Assembly: GCA_964016885.1 (NCBI GenBank)
Contig: CAXHJY010000184.1
Coordinates: 124,001 to 188,000 of the forward strand
Direction of reading: 5' to 3'
DNA length: 64,000 bases
Source of the DNA: Eledone cirrhosa
Taxonomy: Eukaryota
Shown: one piece after another, positions 1-15,200 of the stretch
Numbering within the stretch: position 1 is the first letter of the stretch
Layout of the letters: each line of letters starts with the position of its first letter
Notes under the pieces: generated by a model
Seen by the model: only the letters and a program-made list of their open reading frames with translations
Told to the model about the DNA's origin: nothing
Database searches by the model: none
Made by a program: the position numbers and the translations under genes

Positions 1-1460
1 AACTAACACTACCGTAAACACTAACCTGAACACTTACACTAAAACTAACATTAGCACGAACACTAGCACTAAAACTAACACTACCATAAACACTAACACT
101 GACCTGAGCACTAACACTAAAAGTAACACTAACACAAACACTAATCTGAAAACTGATACTAACCAGAAAACTAAGCTAACATTAACTTCAACACTAACAC
201 AAATATTAACACAAAAACAAACAGTAACGCAATCTCTAACACTAACCTCAACACTAAAACTAACATTAACTTGAACACTAACATAAACACTAATGCTAAC
301 ATTAACGCTAACCTTAACACAAAAACAAAGACTAACGCTAACACAATCACTAACACTAATGGAAACATCAAACACTAATGCTAACAGAGATACTAACACA
401 AATATTAACACAAAAACAAATACTAACACTAAACTTAACACTAAAACTAACATTAACCTTAACACTAAAACTAACATTAACTTGAACACTAACACTAACC
501 TGAACACTTACACTGAAACTAACACTACCACAAATACTAACACTGACCTGAGCACTAACACTAAAAGTAACACTAACACAAACACTAATCTGAAAACTGA
601 TACTAACCAGAAAACTAAGCTAACATTAACTTCAACACTAAAATAAACACTAACGCTAACAGAGATACCAACACAAATATTAACACAAAAACAAACACTA
701 ACGCAATCTCTAACACTAACATTAACTTGAACACTAACATAAACACTAATGCTAACACTAACAGAAATACTAATGCTAACATTAACCTTAACACAAAAAC
801 AAAGACTAACGCTAACACAATCTCTAACACTAATGGAAACATCAAACACTAATGCTAACAGAGATACTAACACAAAAACAAATACTAACACTAACACAAT
901 CTCTAACACTAACTTGAACACTAACACTAACCTGAAAACTAACACAAACACTCATGCTAACACTAACAGAAATACTAATGCTAACATTAACACAAAAACA
1001 AAGACTAACGCTAACACAATCACTAACACTAATGGAAACATCAATCACTAATGCTAACAGAGATACTAACACAAATATTAACACAAAAACAAACACTAAC
1101 CTTAACACTAAAACTAACATTAACACTTAAACTAACACTACCATAAACAGTAACACTAACACTGATCTGAGCACTAACAGTAACACTAACACTACCATAA
1201 AAACTAACACTAACACTAACCAGAAAACTAAGCTAACATTAACCTCAACACTAAAACTAACACTACCGTAAACACTAACACTAACCTGAGCACTGACATT
1301 AACACGAACATTAACCTGAACACTAAAACTAACACTACCATAAACCACTAACCTGAGCACTAACATTAAAAGTAACACGAGCCCTAACCTGAAAACTAAG
1401 TCAACATTAACCTGAACACTAACACTAACAAAAATGCTAACACTAATACAAAATCAAACA
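1..1460. repeat. Degenerate hexamer array, consensus ~(CACTAA)n, i.e. (TTAGTG)n on minus, with internal block duplications
   Basis: The + strand is G-poor, with recurring aacact/actaac. Block aactgatactaaccagaaaactaagctaac occurs at 151 and 595 (444 bp apart); block ggaaacatca occurs at 361, 835 and 1034. The Thr/Asn and Val/Leu ORFs are low-complexity artefacts. Confidence 0.9.
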
Positions 1461-3120
1461 CTAACGCCAACGCCAACGCTGACACTGACGAAGATGGCTA
1501 TGCTGGCACAAACGCTAGTGCAAATGTTGACACAATCGCTTACGCTGACAAACACTAACGTGAATACTGATGCAGGTGCAAAGGCGAATGCGGACAAAGA
1601 CTCTGACGCACACGTTGATGTAAATGCTACCCAGACTCTAACGCTGACACTGATATAAAAAAAGCAAATGCAGACACTAATGCAAACAGACGCAAAAGTT
1701 GATCCAGATGTTAAAGCAAACGCAAACGATGACAGCGATGCTAATGTGAACCTTAATGCAGGCGTAAACATTGACGTAGAAGCTAAAGGAAACACTAATG
1801 AAAATGCTGACGCAGACGCTGACACAGACACAGACACACGTTAACACAGATGCTAACGTAAACACTGACGCAGATGCTAATATAAACGCTGACACAGATG
1901 CTAACATAAACGCTGACGCTGATGTAGATGTGAATACAGACACTGACACAGACGTAGAAGCTAACACACACGCTGACACAGACACTAATGTAAGCGCTGA
2001 CATAGAAGCTAATGTAGATGCTGACATAGAAGCTAACGTAAATGATGATGTAGATGTTAACGTAGACGCTGACGTAGAAGCTAACGTAGATGCTGATGTA
2101 GAAGCAAACGTAAACGCTGACGTAGAAGCTAACAAAACGCTGACGTAGTTGTTACGTAGAAGCAGGCGTAGAAGTTAGCGTTTACCCTTACCGCCGAAGC
2201 TGATCTCCAAAACGCAATTGCTGATGCGGATTGCTGAAGCCAAAGCCAAGCTAACGCTGACGCAAATGTTGAGGCAGTATTGCCAGGCGCTGACGTGTAT
2301 GCTGACGCTAACGCAAATGCTGATGCGGACGCTAGGGCTAAGGCTAACGCTAACGCTGACGCAAATGCTGAAGTTAACGCTTACATGGGATATGCAGACG
2401 CTGCAATGATGCGGACGCCACAGGAAAGGTTAATGGAAACGCTAATGCTAACGGAAAACGCTGACGTACACGTTACGGAAACGCTGACGTAGAAGCTCAC
2501 GTAAACGCTGGCACAGACTCTAACGTAAACGCTGACACAGACGCTAACGTAAACACTGATGTTAACTGAAACGCTGACGCTGATGTAGATGTAAATACTG
2601 ATGCTGACACAGACGAAAACGCTGACATAGAAGCTAATATACACACTGACACAGACGCTAACGGAAATGCTGACAAAGACTAATGTGAATGCTGATGCAG
2701 ATGCTGACACAAATGCTAACCCCTACACAAATGCAAACGCTGATGCTAACACTGACTCAAACACTAATGCAAATGCTGACGTGCACACTGATGCTGACGC
2801 GGACGCTAATGATAATGCTGACTCAGAAGCTGACGTAGACGCAGGCACTGAAACAAACACTAATGCTAACACTAATGTTGACTTAGACACTAAGGGAAAT
2901 GCTGACACAATCACTATCACCAGTGCAGACGCTGACGCAAATGCTGACACTTACGCAAACACTAACACCAGTTTACATAGACACTAACACAAAAGCTTAC
3001 ATAGACGCTTATGCAAATGCTAACGCTGATGCAGACAGTAACGCAAACAGTGACAGTAATGCTAACAGTAACACAGTCACTAACAATAAACTTACCATTA
3101 ACAGTAAAACTTACCCTAAA
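1461..3120. repeat. More diverged hexamer array (CGCTAA/CGCTGA/TGCTAA/TGCTGA variants), continuous with the left array
   Basis: The 6-bp phase is largely retained (gacgct, aacgct, gatgct). A local 24-bp sub-period, gctgacrtagaagctaaygtagay, occurs about 6 times at 1996-2140. Confidence 0.85.
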
Positions 3121-3299
3121 TCTAACATGAACCCAGAGAAAAAGTCATTTGCAATCACATTTAAGCTCACTCTTTAAGATATAGAAGATAGGCATTACAT
3201 TTTAATGATTTTAATTTAAAGAGAAACACGCTATATGATGCAATGCAACACAATAACACACCACACTACACTAACCTACACTACACCAAACCAGATTAT

Positions 3300-6200
3300 A
3301 CCATACCTTGGTAAATTTATGATAGGCTTCTATGTTATAACTACACCAAACCAAACCTCACCATAACAAACTACACCATACTACATCACACCATGCTATT
3401 AATCTCAGTGAGAACATTTTTCTTCCTGTTTTTTTTTTTTTTTCTGTGTGTGTGTGCTTACCACCCAATCTGATATCAAAAGTGCTCACAAATGATTATT
3501 TTTTTACACATTATCAATGTATATAACATGGAAACGTATCATTTGCAATAGGTTCCCATGTCATAACTACAACAATCCAAACCACACCATAACCAACTAC
3601 ACCATTCTACACCACACCATGCTTTTGATCTCAGTGTGAAAAATTTTCTTCCTGTTTCTTTTTTTTTTTTTTTTGTGTGCTCTTACCACCCAATCTGACA
3701 TCAAAGGTGCTGCAATTGACTATTTTTTGCACATATTATCAATAATTATGACATGGAAACCTGATGAAAATGACTAGCTTTGTAGAAAAAAGAGGGAGGA
3801 TGTGGGTGGAAATACCATTTACAAAGCTAGTCATTTTTTATTGCAGCGGAAGTCATATTTTTTGATAATATGCTAAAAGCATAGTTCACTGCGAGCTTCT
3901 TGGAAGTTGATAACACGTGCAAAAATGAATGAAAAATTTTTTTTTCTAACATAAATCAAAGTGGAAATTTAAATCCTCACTTGTAACAAAGCACACCACA
4001 GCACATTAATCTACCTCAATCCACACCATAACCATACTTCACTATATGGTAATTTATTACAGAACACATACTCCTACCATTTACATCACATGGACGTTAA
4101 TGTGACAAATTTGCTACTTGCATTTCTTTGTTTTTTTTGTGGTTACCACCTCAAACTAACATCAAAGGTGCTTGCAAATGACTATTTTCCCACACATTAT
4201 CAATGAATATGACATGGGAATCTATCGTTTACAATTGGTTTCCATTTCATAACTTCACCAAACCAAACCAAACCACACCAAGTTACACCATACTACATCA
4301 CACCAAGCTATTGATCTTGGTGTGAAAAATTTTCTTTCCATTTCCTTTTTTTTTTGTGTGTGTGCTTACCACCCAATCTGACATTAAAGGTGCTCCGAAT
4401 TGACTATTTTTTTTTCCACTTATCAATAAATATGACATGGAAACCTGTCGAAAATGACTATCTTTGTAGAAACTTCACCAAATCACACCAAGATATTGAT
4501 TTTGGTGTGACAAATTTTCATCTGGCATTTTTTTTTTTTTTTTTGCTTACCACCCAATTTGACATAAAAGGTGCTCGCAAATTACTATTTTATGAACATA
4601 TTATCAATGGTTATGACATGGAAACCTGATGAAAATGACTAGTTTTGTAGAAAAAAGAGGGAGGATGTTGGTGGAAATACCATTTAAAAAGCTAGTCATT
4701 TTTTATTGCAGTGGAAGTCATATTTTTTGTTAATATGCTAAAAGCATAGTCCACTGCGAGCTTCTTGGAAGTTGATAACGCATGCAAAAATGAATGAAAA
4801 ATTTTTTTTTCTAACATAAATCAAAGTGGAAATTTAAATCCTCACTTATAACAAAGCACACCACAGCACATTAATCTACCTCAATCCACACCATAACCAT
4901 ACTTCACTATATGGTAATTTATTACAGAACACATACTCCTACCATTTACATCACTTGGACATTAACGTGACAAATTTGATACTTGCTTTTTTTTTCTTTT
5001 TGTGGTTACCACCTCAAACTAACATCAAAGGTGCTTGCAAATGACTATTTTCCCACACATTATCAATGAATATGACATGGGAATCTATCGTTTACAATTG
5101 GTTTCCATTTCATAACTTCACCAAACCAAACCACACCATACCAAGTTACACCATACTACATTGCACCAAGCTATTGATCTTGGTGTGAAAAATTTTTTTC
5201 CTGTTTCCTTTTTTTTTTTTGTGTGTGTGCTTACCACCCAATCTGACATTAAAGGTGCTCCCAATTGACTATTTTTTTTTCCACTTATCAATAATTATGA
5301 CATGGAAACCTATAGAAACATCACCAAACCACACCATACTACATCACACCAAGATATTGATTTTGCTGTGACAAATTTTCATCTGATATTTTTTTTTTTT
5401 TTTTTTGCTTACCACCCAATTTGACATAAAAGTTGCTCGCAAATTACTATTTTATGAACATATTATCAATGGTTATGACATGGAAACCTGATGAAAATGA
5501 CTAGCTTTGTAGAAAAAAGAGGGAGGATGTGGGTGGAAATACCATTTACAAAGCTAGTCATTTTTTATTGCAGTGGAAGTCATATTTTTTGTTAATATGC
5601 TAAAAGCATAGTCCACTGCGAGCTTCTTGGAAGTTGATAACGCATGCAAAAATGAATGAAAAATTTTTTTTTCTAACATAATTCAAAGTGGAAATTTAAA
5701 TCCTCACTTGTAACAAAGCACACCACAGCACATTAATCTACCTCAATCCACACCATAACCATACTTCACTATATGGTAATTTATTACAGAACACATACTC
5801 CTACCATTTACATCACATGGACATTAATGTGACAAATTTGCTACTTGCATTTCTTTTTTTTTTTTGTGGTTACCACCTCAAACTAACATCAAAGGTGCTT
5901 GCAAATGACTATTTTCCCACACATTATCAATGAATATGACATGGGAATCTATCGTTTACAATTGGTTTCTATTTCATAAGTTCACCAAACCAAACCACAC
6001 CATACCAAGTTACACCATACTACATCACACCAAGCTATTGATCTTGGTGTGAAAAATTTTCTTTCCATTTCCTTTTTTTTTTGTGTGTGTGCTTACCACC
6101 CAATCTGACATTAAAGGTGCTCCGAATTGACTATTTTTTTTTCCACTTATCAATAAATATGACATGGAAACCTGTCGAAAATGACTATCTTTGTAGAAAC

Positions 6201-9200
6201 TTCACCAAATCACACCAAGATATTGATTTTGGTGTGACAAATTTTCATCTGGCATTTTTTTTTTTTTTTTTGCTTACCACCCAATTTGACATAAAAGGTG
6301 CTCGCAAATTACTATTTTATGAACATATTATCAATGGTTATGACATGGAAACCTGATGAAAATGACTAGTTTTGTAGAAAAAAGAGGGAGGATGTTGGTG
6401 GAAATACCATTTAAAAAGCTAGTCATTTTTTATTGCAGTGGAAGTCATATTTTTTGTTAATATGCTAAAAGCATAGTCCACTGCGAGCTTCTTGGAAGTT
6501 GATAACGCATGCAAAAATGAATGAAAAATTTTTTTTTCTAACATAAATCAAAGTGGAAATTTAAATCCTCACTTATAACAAAGCACACCACAGCACATTA
6601 ATCTACCTCAATCCACACCATAACCATACTTCACTATATGGTAATTTATTACAGAAGACATACTCCTACCATTTACATCACTTGGACATTAACGTGACAA
6701 ATTTGCTACTTGCGTTTTTTTTCTTTTTGTGGTTACCACCTCAAACTAACATCAAAGGTGCTTGCAAATGACTATTTTCCCACACATTATCAATGAATAT
6801 GACATGGGAATCTATCGTTTACAATTGGTTTCCATTTCATAACTTCACCAAACCACACCATACCAAGTTACACCATACTACATCGCACCAAGCTATTGAT
6901 CTTGGTGTGAAAAATTTTTTTCCTGTTTCCTTTTTTTTTTTTGTGTGTGTGCTTACCACCCAATCTGACATTAAAGGTGCTCCCAATTGACTATTTTTTT
7001 TTCCACTTATCAATAATTATGACATGGAAACCTGTAGAAACTTCACCAAACCACACCATACTACATCACACCAAGATATTGATTTTGCTGTGACCAATTT
7101 TCAACTGGCATTTTTTTTTTTTTTTTTTCGCTTACCACCCAATTTGACATAAAAGTTGCTCGCAAATTACTATTTTATGAACATATTATCAATGGTTATG
7201 ACATGGAAACCTGATGAAAATGACTAGCTTTGTAGAAAAAAGAGGGAGGATGTGGGTGGAAATACCATTTACAAAGCTAGTCATTTTTTATTGCAGTGGA
7301 AGTCATATTTTTTGTTAATATGCTAAAAGCATAGTCCACTGCGAGCTTCTTGGAAGTTGATAACGCATGCAAAAATGAATGAAACATTTTTTTTTCTAAC
7401 ATAAATCAAAGTGGAAATTTAAATCCTCACTTGTAACAAAGCACACCACAGCACATTAATCTACCTCAATCCACACCATAACCATACTTCACTATATGGT
7501 AATTTATTACAGAACACATACTCCTACCATTTACATCACATGGACATTAATGTGACAAATTTGCTACTTGCATTTCTTTTTTTTTTTTGTGGTTACCACC
7601 TCAAACTGACATCAAAGGTGCTTGCAAATGACTATTTTCCCACACATTATCAATGAATATGACATGGGAATCTATCGTTTACAATTGGTTTCTATTTCAT
7701 AACTTCACCAAACCAAACCACACCATACCAAGTTACACCATACTACATCACACCAAGCTATTGATCTTGGTGTGAAAAATTTTCTTTCCATTTCCTTTTT
7801 TTTTTTGTGTGTGTGCTTACCACCCAATCTGACATTAAAGGTGCTCCGAATTGACTATTTTTTTTTCCACTTATCAATAAATATGACATGGAAACCTGTC
7901 GAAAATGACTATCTTTGTAGAAACTTCACCAAATCACACCAAGATATTGATTTTGGTGTGACAAATTTTCATCTGGCATTTTTTTTTTTTTTTTTGCTTA
8001 CCACCCAATTTGACATAAAAGGTGCTCACAAATTACTATTTTATGAACATATTATCAATGGTTATGACATGGAAACCTGATGAAAATGACTAGTTTTGTA
8101 GAAAAAAGAGGGAGGATGTTGGTGGAAATACCATTTAAAAAGCTAGTCATTTTTTATTGCAGTGGAAGTCATATTTTTTGTTAATATGCTAAAAGCATAG
8201 TCCACTGCGAGCTTCTTGGAAGTTGATAACGCATGCAAAAATGAATGAAAAATTTTTTTTTCTAACATAAATCAAAGTGGAAATTTAAATCCTCACTTAT
8301 AACAAAGCACACCACAGCACATTAATCTACCTCAATCCACACCATAACCATACTTCACTATATGGTAATTTATTACAGAAGACATACTCCTACCATTTAC
8401 ATCACTTGGACATTAACGTGACAAATTTGCTACTTGCGTTTTTTTTCTTTTTGTGGTTACCACCTCAAACTAACATCAAAGGTGCTTGCAAATGACTATT
8501 TTCCCACACATTATCAATGAATATGACATGGGAATCTATCGTTTACAATTGGTTTCCATTTCATAACTTCACCAAACCAAACCACACCATACCAAGTTAC
8601 ACCATACTACATCGCACCAAGCTATTGATCTTGGTGTGAAAAATTTTTTTCCTGTTTCCTTTTTTTTTTTTGTGTGTGTGCTTACCACCCAATCTGACAT
8701 TAAAGGTGCTCCCAATTGACTATTTTTTTTTCCACTTATCAATAATTATGACATGGAAACCTGTAGAAACTTCACCAAACCACACCATACTACATCACAC
8801 CAAGATATTGATTTTGCTGTGACCAATTTTCAACTGGCATTTTTTTTTTTTTTTTTTTGCTTACCACCCAATTTGACATAAAAGTTGCTCGCAAATTACT
8901 ATTTTATGAACATATTATCAATGGTTATGACATGGAAACCTGATGAAAATGACTAGCTTTGTAGAAAAAAGAGGGAGGATGTGGGTGGAAATACCATTTA
9001 CAAAGCTAGTCATTTTTTATTGCAGTGGAAGTCATATTTTTTGTTAATATGCTAAAAGCATAGTCCACTGCGAGCTTCTTGGAAGTTGATAACGCATGCA
9101 AAAATGAATGAAAAATTTTTTTTTCTAACATAAATCAAAGTGGAAATTTAAATCCTCACTTGTAACAAAGCACACCACAGCACATTAATCTACCTCAATC

Positions 9201-12200
9201 CACACCATAACCATACTTCACTATATGGTAATTTATTACAGAACACATACTCCTACCATTTACATCACATGGACATTAATGTGACAAATTTGCTACTTGC
9301 ATTTCTTTTTTTTTTTTGTGGTTACCACCTCAAACTGACATCAAAGGTGCTTGCAAATGACTATTTTCCCACACATTATCAATGAATATGACATGGGAAT
9401 CTATCGTTTACAATTGGTTTCTATTTCATAACTTCACCAAACCAAACCACACCATACCAAGTTACACCATACTACATCACACCAAGCTATTGATCTTGGT
9501 GTGAAAAATTTTCTTTCCATTTCCTTTTTTTTTTTGTGTGTGTGCTTACCACCCAATCTGACATTAAAGGTGCTCCGAATTGACTATTTTTTTTTCCACT
9601 TATCAATAAATATGACATGGAAACCTGTCGAAAATGACTATCTTTGTAGAAACTTCACCAAATCACACCAAGATATTGATTTTGGTGTGACAAATTTTCA
9701 TCTGGCATTTTTTTTTTTTTTTTTGCTTACCACCCAATTTGACATAAAAGGTGCTCACAAATTACTATTTTATGAACATATTATCAATGGTTATGACATG
9801 GAAACCTGATGAAAATGACTAGTTTTGTAGAAAAAAGAGGGAGGATGTTGGTGGAAATACCATTTAAAAAGCTAGTCATTTTTTATTGCAGTGGAAGTCA
9901 TATTTTTTGTTAATATGCTAAAAGCATAGTCCACTGCGAGCTTCTTGGAAGTTGATAACGCATGCAAAAATGAATGAAAAATTTTTTTTTCTAACATAAA
10001 TCAAAGTGGAAATTTAAATCCTCACTTATAACAAAGCACACCACAGCACATTAATCTACCTCAATCCACACCATAACCATACTTCACTATATGGTAATTT
10101 ATTACAGAAGACATACTCCTACCATTTACATCACTTGGACATTAACGTGACAAATTTGCTACTTGCGTTTTTTTTCTTTTTGTGGTTACCACCTCAAACT
10201 AACATCAAAGGTGCTTGCAAATGACTATTTTCCCACACATTATCAATGAATATGACATGGGAATCTATCGTTTACAATTGGTTTCCATTTCATAACTTCA
10301 CCAAACCAAACCACACCATACCAAGTTACACCATACTACATCGCACCAAGCTATTGATCTTGGTGTGAAAAATTTTTTTCCTGTTTCCTTTTTTTTTTTT
10401 GTGTGTGTGCTTACCACCCAATCTGACATTAAAGGTGCTCCCAATTGACTATTTTTTTTTCCACTTATCAATAATTATGACATGGAAACCTGTAGAAACT
10501 TCACCAAACCACACCATACTACATCACACCAAGATATTGATTTTGCTGTGACAAATTTTCATCTGGCATTTTTTTTTTTTTTTTTTTGCTTACCACCCAA
10601 TTTGACATAAAAGTTGCTCGCAAATTACTATTTTATGAACATATTATCAATGGTTATGACATGGAAACCTGATGAAAATGACTAGCTTTGTAGAAAAAAG
10701 AGGGAGGATGTGTGTGGAAATACCATTTACAAAGCTAGTCATTTTTTATTGCAGTGGAAGTCATATTTTTTGTTAATATGCTAAAAGCATAGTCCACTGC
10801 GAGCTTCTTGGAAGTTGATAACGCATGCAAAAATGAATGAAAAATTTTTTTTTCTAACATAAATCAAAGTGGAAATTTAAATCCTCACTTGTAACAAAGC
10901 ACACCACAGCACATTAATCTACCTCAATCCACACCATAACCATACTTCACTATATGGTAATTTATTACAGAACACATACTCCTACCATTTACATCACATG
11001 GACATTAATGTGACAAATTTGCTACTTGCATTTCTTTTTTTTTTTTGTGGTTACCACCTCAAACTAACATCAAAGGTGCTTGCAAATGACTATTTTCCCA
11101 CACATTATCAATGAATATGACATGGGAATCTATCGTTTACAATTGGTTTCTATTTCATAAGTTCACCAAACCAAACCACACCATACCAAGTTACACCATA
11201 CTACATCACACCAAGCTATTGATCTTGGTGTGAAAAATTTTCTTTCCATTTCCTTTTTTTTTTGTGTGTGTGCTTACCACCCAATCTGACATTAAAGGTG
11301 CTCCGAATTGACTATTTTCTTTTCCACTTATCAATAAATATGACATGGAAACCTGTCGAAAATGACTATCTTTGTAGAAACTTCACCAAATCACACCAAG
11401 ATATTGATTTTGGTGTGACAAATTTTCATCTGGCATTTTTTTTTTTTTTTTTGCTTACCACCCAATTTGACATAAAAGGTGCTCGCAAATTACTATTTTA
11501 TGAACATATTATCAATGGTTATGACATGGAAACCTGATGAAAATGACTAGTTTTGTAGAAAAAAGAGGGAGGATGTTGGTGGAAATACCATTTAAAAAGC
11601 TAGTCATTTTTTATTGCAGTGGAAGTCATATTTTTTGTTAATATGCTAAAAGCATAGTCCACTGCGAGCTTCTTGGAAGTTGATAACGCATGCAAAAATG
11701 AATGAAAAATTTTTTTTTCTAACATGAATCAAAGTGGAAATTTAAATCCTCACTTATAACAAAGCACACCACAGCACATTAATCTAGCTCAATCCTCACC
11801 ATAACCATACTTCACTATATGGTAATTTATTACAGAACACATACTCCTACCATTTACATCACTTGGATATTAACGTGACAAATTTGCTACTTGCTTTTTT
11901 TTTCTTTTTGTGGTTACCACCTCAAACTAACATCAAAGGTGCTTGCAAATGACTATTTTCCCACACATTATCAATGAATATGACATGGGAATCTATCGTT
12001 TACAATTGGTTTCCATTTCATAACTTCACCAAACCAAACCACACCCAAGTTACACCATACTACATCGCACCAAGCTATTGATCTTGGTGTGAAAAATTTT
12101 TTTCCTGTTTCCTTTTTTTTTTTTGTGTGTGTGCTTACCACCCAATCTGACATTAAAGGTGCTCCCAATTGACTATTTTTTTTTCCACTTATCAATAATT

Positions 12201-15200
12201 ATGACATGGAAACCTGTAGAAACTTCACCAAACCACACCATACTACATCACACCAAGATATTGATTTTGCTGTGACAAATTTTCACCTGGCATTTTTCTT
12301 TTTTTGTTTTGCTTACCACCCAATTTGACATAAAAGTTGCTCGCAAATTACTATTTTATGAACATATTATCAATGGTTATGACATGGAAACCTGATGAAA
12401 ATGACTAGTTTTGTAGAAAAAAGAGGGAGGATGTGGGTGGAAATACCATTTACAAAGCTAGTCATTTTTTATTGCAGTGGAAGTCATATTTTTTGTTAAT
12501 ATGCTAAAAGCATAGTCCACTGCGAGCTTCTTGGAAGTTGATAACGCGTGCAAAAATGAATGAAAAATTTTTTTTTCTAACATAAATCAAAGTGGAAATT
12601 TAAATCCTCACTTGTAACAAAGCACACCACAGCACATTAATCTACCTCAATGAACAGCATAACCATACTTCACTATATGGTAATTTATTACAGAACACAT
12701 ACTCCTACCATTTACATCACATGGACATTAATGTGACAAATTTGCTACTTGCATTTCTTTTTTTTTTTTGTGGTTACCACCTCAAACTAACATCAAAGGT
12801 GCTTGCAAATGACTATTTTCCCACACATTATCAATGAATATGACATGGGAATCTATCGTTTACAATTGGTTTCTATTTCATAAGTTCACCAAACCAAACC
12901 ACACCATACCAAGTTACACCATACTACATCACACCAAGCTATTGATCTTGGTGTGAAAAATTTTCTTTCCATTTCCTTTTTTTTTTGTGTGTGTGCTTAC
13001 CACCCAATCTGACATTAAAGGTGCTCCGAATTGACTATTTTTTTTTTCCACTTATCAATAAATATGACATGGAAACCTGTCGAAAATGACTATCTTTGTA
13101 GAAACTTCACCAAATCACACCAAGATATTGATTTTGGTGTGACAAATTTTCATCTGGCATTTTTTTTTTTTTTTTTGCTTACCACCCAATTTGACATAAA
13201 AGGTGCTCGCAAATTACTATTTTATGAACATATTATCAATGGTTATGACATGGAAACCTGATGAAAATGACTAGTTTTGTAGAAAAAAAAGGGAGGATGT
13301 TGGTGGAAATACCATTTAAAAAGCTAGTCATTTTTTATTGCAGTGGAAGTCATATTTTTTGTTAATATGCTAAAAGCATAGTCCACTGCGAGCTTCTTGG
13401 AAGTTGATAACGCATGCAAAAATGAATGAAAAATTTTTTTTTCTAACATAAATCAAAGTGGAAATTTAAATCCTCACTTATAACAAAGCACACCACAGCA
13501 CATTAATCTACCTCAATCCACACCATAACCATACTTCACTATATGGTAATTTATTACAGAACACATACTCCTACCATTTACATCACATGGACATTAATGT
13601 GACAAATTTGGTACTTGCATTTCTTTTTTTTTTTTGTGGTTACCACCTCAAACTAACATCAAAGGTGCTTGCAAATGACTATTTTCCCACACATTATCAA
13701 TGAATATGACATGGGAATCTATCGTTTACAATTGGTTTCTATTTCATAAGTTCACCAAACCAAACCACACCATACCAAGTTACACCATACTACATCACAC
13801 CAAGCTATTGATCTTGGTGTGAAAAATTTTCTTTCCATTTCCTTTTTTTTTTGTGTGTGTGCTTACCACCCAATCTGACATTAAAGGTGCTCCGAATTGA
13901 CTATTTTTTTTTCCACTTATCAATAAATATGACATGGAAACCTGTCGAAAATGACTATCTTTGTAGAAACTTCACCAAATCACACCAAGATATTGATTTT
14001 GGTGTGACAAATTTTCATCTGGCATTTTTTTTTTTTTTTTTGCTTACCACCCAATTTGACATAAAAGGTGCTCGCAAATTACTATTTTATGAACATATTA
14101 TCAATGGTTATGACATGGAAACCTGATGAAAATGACTAGTTTTGTAGAAAAAAAAGGGAGGATGTTGGTGGAAATACCATTTAAAAAGCTAGTCATTTTT
14201 TATTGCAGTGGAAGTCATATTTTTTGTTAATATGCTAAAAGCATAGTCCACTGCGAGCTTCTTGGAAGTTGATAACGCATGCAAAAATGAATGAAAAATT
14301 TTTTTTTCTAACATAAATCAAAGTGGAAATTTAAATCCTCACTTATAACAAAGCACACCACAGCACATTAATCTACCTCAATCCACACCATAACCATACT
14401 TCACTATATGGTAATTTATTACAGAAGACATACTCCTACCATTTACTTCACTTGGACATTAACGTGACAAATTTGCTACTTGCGTTTTTTTCCTTTTTGT
14501 GGTTACCACCTCAAACTAACATCAAAGGTGCTTGCAAATGACTATTTTCCCACACAATATCAATGAATATGACATGGGAATCTATCGTTTACAATTGGTT
14601 TCCATTTCATAACTTCACTAAACCAAACCACACCCAAGTTACACCATACTACATCGCACCAAGCTATTGATCTTGGTGTGAAAAATTTTTTTCCTGTTTC
14701 CTTTTTTTTTTTTGTGTGTGTGCTTACCACCCAATCTGACATTAAAGGTGCTCCCAATTGACTATTTTTTTTTCCACTTATCAATAATTATGACATGGAA
14801 ACCTGTAGAAACTTCACCAAACCACACCATACTACATCACACCAAGATATTGATTTTGCTGTGACAAATTTTCACCTGGCATTTTTCTTTTTTTGTTTTG
14901 CTTACCACCCAATTTGACATAAAAGTTGCTCGCAAATTACTATTTTATGAACATATTATCAATGGTTATGACATGGAAACCTGATGAAAATGACTAGCTT
15001 TGTAGAAAAAAGAGGGAGGATGTGGGTGGAAATACCATTTACAAAGCTAGTCATTTTTTATTGCAGTGGAAGTCATATTTTTTGTTAATATGCTAAAAGC
15101 ATAGTCCACTGCGAGCTTCTTGGAAGTTGATAACGCATGCAAAAATGAATGAAAAATTTTTTTTTCTAACATAAATCAAAGTGGAAATTTAAATCCTCAC

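Noticed and set aside
34-3177. Thr/Asn-, Asp/Ala- and Val/Leu-rich ORFs resembling mucin, antifreeze or membrane proteins
   Set aside because: They are products of hexamer periodicity, short, mutually overlapping and broken by frameshifts.
3755-3860. Hammerhead ribozyme in the macrosatellite (GAAAC-CTGATGA beside a hairpin)
   Set aside because: No GAAA follows the long stem, and the upstream GAAAC leaves no room for stems I and III, so the topology fails.
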